Shown here piece by piece: positions 7,876-12,658 of a stretch of DNA of 12,658 nucleotides (positions are counted from its first letter, which is position 1; each line of letters opens with the position of its first letter). Source of the DNA: Oligoflexia bacterium (GTDB lineage: Bacteria; Bdellovibrionota; UBA1018); NCBI GenBank assembly GCA_043732485.1, contig JAYTHP010000132.1, positions 1 to 12,658 of the forward strand, read 5' to 3'. Under the pieces are notes generated by a model. That model did not search any database and was not told the DNA's origin. It saw only the letters and a list, made by a program, of their open reading frames with translations. A program made the translations under genes and the position numbers.

Positions 7876-8934
7876 ATGGAGCAACCTTCACGAAAGCGGC
7901 TAGGACCGTCGGCAGGACAAGTGCCAGAGGACTTGAGAGGGCACCTGCCAGAGCCTTTAAAAGACCAGGAAAAAATGGAAAAAGTTTCGAAAAAAGCTGC
8001 GGCGCTTCAGACCCAGCAACAGACGCTCAAGAGTAGTTTTCTCCTCGAAGGCGTGGGGCTGCATTCCGGTAAAAAAGCCTCCGTGCGGGTTAAGCCGGCA
8101 CGGGCCAACACTGGGATTATTTTCTTACGCACCGATGTGCAGCCTGCGGTGAAAATCCAGGCTCATTTCTCACAAATCGTCAGCACCCGGCTTGCCATGA
8201 CGCTTGGCAATGCGCAAGGGGGCAGTTCGGCGCAAGTGGCCACCGTCGAGCATTTGCTTGCGGCCTTGCAAGGGCTGCAAATTGATAACGCAGAAATTGA
8301 AGTCAGTGGGCCTGAGGTGCCGATTCTCGATGGCAGTTCGCGCTTGTTTGTCGAGGCGATCGAGAAGGTGGGCATTGAAACGCAAGTGGAAATGAAGCGT
8401 TGGCTGCTGTTAAAAAAGAAGATTGAAATCCAAGTCGCTGAAAAGTGGGCTTACGCCGAACCTGCCTCCGAGCTGCGGTTGCATGGTTCCATTGAATGGG
8501 ATCACCCGGCGGTAGGCTATCAAGAGTTTTTTTACCAAGAGGGGCAAACCGATTTTACCGAAGTGGCTTCGGCTCGCACCTTTGGCTTTTTAAAAGAAGT
8601 CGAAGGGCTAAAAAAAATGGGCTTAGCCTTAGGCGGGTCACTGGACAATTCCGTGGTCTTGGACCACGCCTTGGTGGTGAATCCTGGAGGCTTACGCTAT
8701 CCAGATGAGCTGATTCGACACAAAATCCTCGATGCGCTGGGCGATTTGAAGTTAGCGGGCGTGTCGTTAAAAGCCGCGATTCGGTTGCATCGCTCGGGTC
8801 ATGAGTTGCACCGTCAACTCTTGCATAAGATTTTTAGTGACGCTGAGAATTACGAACTGGTGACGGTGGGGGCGCCGCGGGTAAAATCGACGCTGCAAAT
8901 GGCCTTATTGGGTAGTTATGCGGCAAGCTTTTAA
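7876..8934 (+). CDS. lpxC: UDP-3-O-acyl-N-acetylglucosamine deacetylase LpxC with an N-terminal extension (alternative start ATG 7975)
   Basis: Q.TL....EGVGLHSG, GIIF.RTD, TVEHLLAAL, EVPILDGS, ARTFGF, LALGGSLDN, the zinc motif RHKILDALGDL and SGH.LH. Confidence 0.98.
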   Translation: MEQPSRKRLGPSAGQVPEDLRGHLPEPLKDQEKMEKVSKKAAALQTQQQTLKSSFLLEGVGLHSGKKASVRVKPARANTGIIFLRTDVQPAVKIQAHFSQIVSTRLAMTLGNAQGGSSAQVATVEHLLAALQGLQIDNAEIEVSGPEVPILDGSSRLFVEAIEKVGIETQVEMKRWLLLKKKIEIQVAEKWAYAEPASELRLHGSIEWDHPAVGYQEFFYQEGQTDFTEVASARTFGFLKEVEGLKKMGLALGGSLDNSVVLDHALVVNPGGLRYPDELIRHKILDALGDLKLAGVSLKAAIRLHRSGHELHRQLLHKIFSDAENYELVTVGAPRVKSTLQMALLGSYAASF

Positions 8935-8955
8935 GTCTTAAGCGTGCTTAGGTTT

Positions 8956-8984
8956 GTCAGTCAGTCAGTCAGTCAGTCAGTCAG
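8956..8984. repeat. Perfect tetranucleotide microsatellite (GTCA)7
   Basis: Seven exact GTCA units plus a G, starting about 20 bp after the lpxC stop. Confidence 0.97.
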
Positions 8985-9190
8985 CCCTGCGATGAATCGA
9001 TGACGGGGAGAGGGCACAAAACTCCTTGCGAGTCGGCTTCAGGCGTAAGCCTCGGCCTCTTGTGGCAAGGCACTGTGACCGTTGCAAATCTCGCAGGCTT
9101 TTTAAAGGGTGAAGCACTTTGCTAAGTCCTCTTTTTCCCCCTCAATTTTTTCCCTAAAACTTTTTTCTTAAACTTTCCCTTAAAAATTTT

Positions 9191-10261
9191 ATGACAAGCC
9201 CCTTCTTACGCCGCTGCCTCCCTCGTTTATGGTCCTCTTGTTGCTTGATCACGGGGGGCGCTAGGCTCCTTCGCGTCGCCTGGGTCTGTGTACTCGTGCT
9301 GCTCACTCAAGGCGTCTTGCAAGCGCAAGAGCGGGTCTTACCTGTGCCCCCCGGGCATTTGCCAAGGGGCTTACTCAAGCGTTTTCCTTTAGCAAAAAAG
9401 ACCCTCCAGGGAGTCCAAAAGCTCAAAAAAATGCTCGCGCCGTTTCAGAGCTTGAGCCTACCGAGCCCCGTGCGGCCTCTTACGGGCCAGCAGGAGCAGC
9501 AGGAGCAGCAGGAGCAGGAGCAGCAGCAGGACGGTGTGGAGGCTGGAGGGGGACGACCTATGAGTGATGCTCAGGAGTTTCGTGAGGCTTATCCCGAGGC
9601 TTATCCCGAGGCTTATCTAATGACGCCTGCTACTAAAAAGCGCTGGTGCCAAGCCACCTTATCGCCCTTGTTGCTGCCGCAAACAGAGCGGTATGGACCT
9701 GTTGTGATCGCCTTGTGGAAACAAAAACGACAGGGCAAGCAAACCGCGGGAGACGTTGAAGCACAGATCTACCGTGCTTGCTGTCAAGTCATCACAGAGA
9801 AGCACTCGCTGCGTGATTTAGGGCGGCTTGAGGGCGATGAGCAAACGGTCTTACAGGTGAGAAGCGCCAACCGTCAGACGTTACTGCATTATGCCATTTC
9901 CCAAACTCAGCCGTTTGCTGATGATCCAGAGATGCGCGAGCTGGTGCGTTACTTGCTTGCCAATGGCCTGAATCCTGAAGACAAGAACGCGCGGGGAGAA
10001 TCGGCGCTAGTGCTTGCGGCATCGCTCGGGACTTCGCAGATCGTGGCGCTGTTGCTTCAAGCGGGTATGAACCTAGAGTCGCATGACAAGCAAGGCAACA
10101 CGGCGCTCATGCTTGCCGTCTTGCGGGGTCACTGGCTGGTCGTTCAACAACTGCTGCAGGCGGGGGCCAATGTGAGTGCTGTCAATGTCGAAGGACACAC
10201 GGTGGTGGAGCTCGCAGCCAGCCGTCCCAACGACAGGCTGCAGGAGTGCTTGAAGGAATAA
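9191..10261 (+). CDS. Ankyrin-repeat protein with a probable N-terminal signal peptide
   Basis: About four C-terminal ankyrin units (QTLLHYA..LVRYLLANG; GESALVLAA..G..IVALLLQAG; GNTALMLAV..GH..VVQQLLQAGAN; GHTVVELA). Hydrophobic LLRVAWVCVLVLLTQGVLQA segment near the N-terminus. Start uncertain, with an alternative ATG at 9560. Confidence 0.88.
   Translation: MTSPFLRRCLPRLWSSCCLITGGARLLRVAWVCVLVLLTQGVLQAQERVLPVPPGHLPRGLLKRFPLAKKTLQGVQKLKKMLAPFQSLSLPSPVRPLTGQQEQQEQQEQEQQQDGVEAGGGRPMSDAQEFREAYPEAYPEAYLMTPATKKRWCQATLSPLLLPQTERYGPVVIALWKQKRQGKQTAGDVEAQIYRACCQVITEKHSLRDLGRLEGDEQTVLQVRSANRQTLLHYAISQTQPFADDPEMRELVRYLLANGLNPEDKNARGESALVLAASLGTSQIVALLLQAGMNLESHDKQGNTALMLAVLRGHWLVVQQLLQAGANVSAVNVEGHTVVELAASRPNDRLQECLKE
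9488..9529 (+). repeat. CAG/GAG repeat, (CAGCAGGAG)3 plus degenerate units, encoding a Q/E tract
   Basis: Encodes QQEQQEQQEQEQQQ in the ankyrin ORF. Confidence 0.9.
9584..9617 (+). repeat. 12-bp tandem repeat GAGGCTTATCCC, about 2.8 copies
   Basis: Exact nucleotide copies encoding EAYP EAYP EAY. Confidence 0.92.
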
Positions 10262-10355
10262 AAAATCCACGTCGCGCATTGAGATGAGGTGCGAGGGTAG
10301 TGGGCGAGCGATGACCGTGCTGAGGGTGGCGGGGGTTTGAGTCGCGAGCCCAGGA

Positions 10356-10396
10356 GACTGGTTCAAGCCGGCATCCGTGCCTTGCTTGAACCAGTC
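10356..10396. terminator. Strong hairpin between convergent genes (possible terminator or 3' stabiliser)
   Basis: Perfect 13-bp inverted repeat GACTGGTTCAAGC / GCTTGAACCAGTC with an inner GGCA-TCCG-TGCC stem. No clean U-tract follows it. Confidence 0.5.
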
Positions 10397-10545
10397 AAAA
10401 GCTTTTGCGCTGAAGCGTGCCAAAGACAAAGATAACGCAGAGAGAGAAAAGCTTCGGGGGGGGGGAGTTGTGAGATGATACATCCCAAAGACTCCAAGCA
10501 TTTCCCCCTCCCCGCGTCCTACTGCCTACAGCTTGCATGCTGGGG

Positions 10546-11526
10546 CTACTCAGAGCGGCTCATATTTCGAACGATCTTTGCGGCGGCTTTGTCTTGAACG
10601 TTCTTCTGGCGATTGATTTTATAGGCCTGCCAGCGGCTGCCATTTTTGTTGGCTTCATCAGCGGCGTCAGCTAGTCTGGCTGATTCCGTGCCGTGCGCTT
10701 CTATTTTATTAATCGCCGCCGTCGTCAAACCCTGCTTGCCGCTTTGCTTTTCCGCGTAATCTTTTTCGACGTTTTTGACGATTTTGCGAAGCTCAGTGGC
10801 GTGGGTCCGCGCTCCGCTTCCCATGTTATAGGCTTGCCAGTAATTACCATTTTTTCTAGCCTCATCGGCGGATTCAGCAAGCTTTTGCCCTTCTGCGGCG
10901 TGATAATCAGCCTTGGTGAGGGCTTCGGGAGTGAGACCCTTCTTCCCTGAGGCGCGATCCTCGCTGTCTTTTTTCACGTTTCTTGAGATTTTGGACAGCT
11001 CATTTAAGTGTCCAATCTGCCTGCGATTGAGCTCGTCGGCCTCGCGGTAATTACCCTGTTTCCTGGCCTCATCTGCTGCATCGGACAGCTTGGCTGACTC
11101 GCCGCTGTGATACTCTAATTTGTCAATGGCTTCAGGCGTTAAGCCCAGTTTCCCTGAACCGGGACTATAGGAACCCTGAGATGAGCTCTGAGGTGAGCCC
11201 TGAGGTGAGCCCTGAGGTGAGCCTTGGGATGAACTCTGCGACGAGCCCGGTGGAGTCTCCTCTTGCAACCGGGAGAAACCGGTGCCGGCAAAAGAGCGCT
11301 GTTCCAGGCCTGGGAGTGAGAGCAGCAGAGAGTAAGAGGCGACTGCTAAAAAAGACCAGCGGCCCGAAGAAGAGTTGATGCAACGTGCTTGACCTGCAGC
11401 GATTCGCTGCGCCGTTGCGGGGGGGCAGGGCGAAGTGCCAGCGAACGGGTCCCGCGAGGCCTGCAAAGAAACTTCATTAGACTGAGCATGATAACGTTGA
11501 CTAGGCTTGTTCTTAAATTGATTCAT
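10546..11526 (-). CDS. Putative exported protein with three 69-aa helical tandem repeats
   Basis: AAGGAG RBS just upstream of the ATG; hydrophobic segment at aa 57-72 followed by SFA|G; Ser/Gln/Pro linker; three gap-free repeats starting SGK.GLT. Repeat conservation at the protein level supports this strand and frame. Confidence 0.88.
   Translation of the reverse strand: MNQFKNKPSQRYHAQSNEVSLQASRDPFAGTSPCPPATAQRIAAGQARCINSSSGRWSFLAVASYSLLLSLPGLEQRSFAGTGFSRLQEETPPGSSQSSSQGSPQGSPQGSPQSSSQGSYSPGSGKLGLTPEAIDKLEYHSGESAKLSDAADEARKQGNYREADELNRRQIGHLNELSKISRNVKKDSEDRASGKKGLTPEALTKADYHAAEGQKLAESADEARKNGNYWQAYNMGSGARTHATELRKIVKNVEKDYAEKQSGKQGLTTAAINKIEAHGTESARLADAADEANKNGSRWQAYKINRQKNVQDKAAAKIVRNMSRSE
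11171..11242. repeat. 12-bp tandem repeat (consensus GAGCCCTGAGGT), about 6 units, encoding the QGSP/QSSS linker
   Basis: Units GAACCCTGAGAT, GAGCTCTGAGGT, GAGCCCTGAGGT x2, GAGCCTTGGGAT, GAACTCTGCGAC. Confidence 0.9.
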
Positions 11527-11948
11527 AGCAACTCCTTGTGGAAGACGATTCTTTTGTCATCAGAGAGCAAGAGAGGTCATGAGAGCCCGCTCAAAGAGCG
11601 CTGAGCTGGCTTCACGCACACACACGCACAAACACCTTTGTCCTTAAGGCAACGGCCAATACCCAACGCCCTAGGAGTGCTTACTGGTATCCTTGCTGGT
11701 ATCCATAGAGCATAGCTCGAAGCTGGCCTGCTCGCCATTGTGTCAGCGAACACTGGGGTTGTTTGGGATGACCGTTGTCGTCCGGTGCCCAAAAAAATAC
11801 AAACCGCAAAGAGTGGCGTTTCCTGCTGTTAGGGCTCTGGCGTTGGCCCTTGCCTGCCCACCCGTGCGAGGAGTCAACCCTAGTCCCACGCGCAAAGACA
11901 CATCCTCTCGCTTTCCTGCAGGTCAATAGCCTCATCCCGAAGCTCGAG

Positions 11949-12658
11949 CGGTGACTTTCAGGATAGTTGCCGCATCAACTGAATTTATCTGAACTAGTTT
12001 ACGGGGTGGAAATTTTCAAGAAGTTTAATTTGACGGATTTAATTAAGTTCCAGTTTCTGTGGTTCTTTGAGCAGCGTAGAGGATGTTTCATTTTTAATTG
12101 CTGGTAGAATTCTTTTATTTTTTCTAATATTTTCAGGTCCTTACCCTTATGGTGGGCGCTCGGCGTCACAAATTTAATACCACTATGCAGGTGCTGAGTA
12201 TTGTACCAATGCTCGAACTTAACCATCCAAGCGACGCTCTCCTCCAGTGCTGCAAAAGGTTTCGAAGGAAATAGGTTACAATATTTTACGGTTCTAAAAA
12301 GAGCTTCTGAAAAAGGGTTGTCGTTGCTGACCGCGGGCCGAGAGAACGAAGAGGCAACGCCCAGTCTTTGCATGGTCAAAAGTAATGGTTGATCCCTTCA
12401 TGGCGCCACCATGATCAGCGTGAAGAACCAATTGATTTTTATCAATATTTTCCCTGATACAAATTTCGTTCAGTAAATCGGCAGAAAGCTCCATCGCCTC
12501 TCGGTCGTGAATCTTCCAGCCCACAATTTTTCGCGAGTAAATATCAATAAAAAGATAAAGATAGAAATACAGACCTCTCACTGTCGTAGGTAAATAGCTG
12601 ATATCCCAACTGAAAACCTGGTTCGTAGCAGTGGCCTCCAACGCCGCTGGCCGGTTCC
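11949..12658 (-). mobile_element. IS3-family insertion sequence, 3' part, with a frameshifted integrase-core (rve) transposase
   Basis: The DDE core is split across ORFs 12294-12641 (NQVFSWDISYL, DIYSRKIVGW, LHADHGGAMKG) and 11999-12379 (SFSRP.VSNDNPFSEALFRTVKY, WYN..H.HSGI.FVTP). One extra base near 12385-12388 separates the frames. Visibly more AT-rich than the flank. The end near 11949 (minus strand ...GCAACTATCCTGAAAGTCACCG) is an estimate. Confidence 0.9.

Noticed and set aside
2943..8708. Numerous antisense or alternate-frame ORFs inside spt, bcerS, ruvA, ruvB and lpxC
   Set aside because: Shadows of well-supported conserved genes.
9010..9098. Resemblance to a c-di-GMP-I riboswitch (GGCACAAAAC...GGCGTAAGCC...GTTGCA)
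   Set aside because: No GNRA-capped P2 stem and no proper CGCAAAGC or tetraloop-receptor elements; the similarity is superficial.
11171..11242. Tandem repeats as a CRISPR array
   Set aside because: The units are contiguous 12-mers with no spacers, lie in frame within a CDS, and there are no cas genes.
11577..11935. Short ORFs and a CTGGTATCC direct repeat in the spacer before the IS
   Set aside because: Overlapping ORFs on both strands with no coding signal. The 9-bp repeat has only two copies and fits the general slippage pattern.

Overview
Bacterial chromosomal window. The Cys-rich prepilin architecture and a sigma54-type lpxC promoter suggest a Bdellovibrionota/deltaproteobacteria-like host, which is inference only. 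An intact + strand core block encodes a serine palmitoyltransferase-like PLP enzyme overlapping a large GNAT protein resembling bacterial ceramide synthase (spt-bcerS), then ruvC-ruvA-ruvB, then lpxC behind a good sigma54 (-24/-12) promoter. The left flank holds an IS5-like transposase fragment missing from the ORF track (1-134, minus strand), a broken Cys-rich prepilin-type gene and a small hypothetical gene. The right flank holds a convergent pair of probably exported repeat proteins (an ankyrin protein and a protein with three unrecognised 69-aa helical repeats) and a frameshifted IS3-family transposase running off the window. Short tandem duplications and microsatellites are common throughout.
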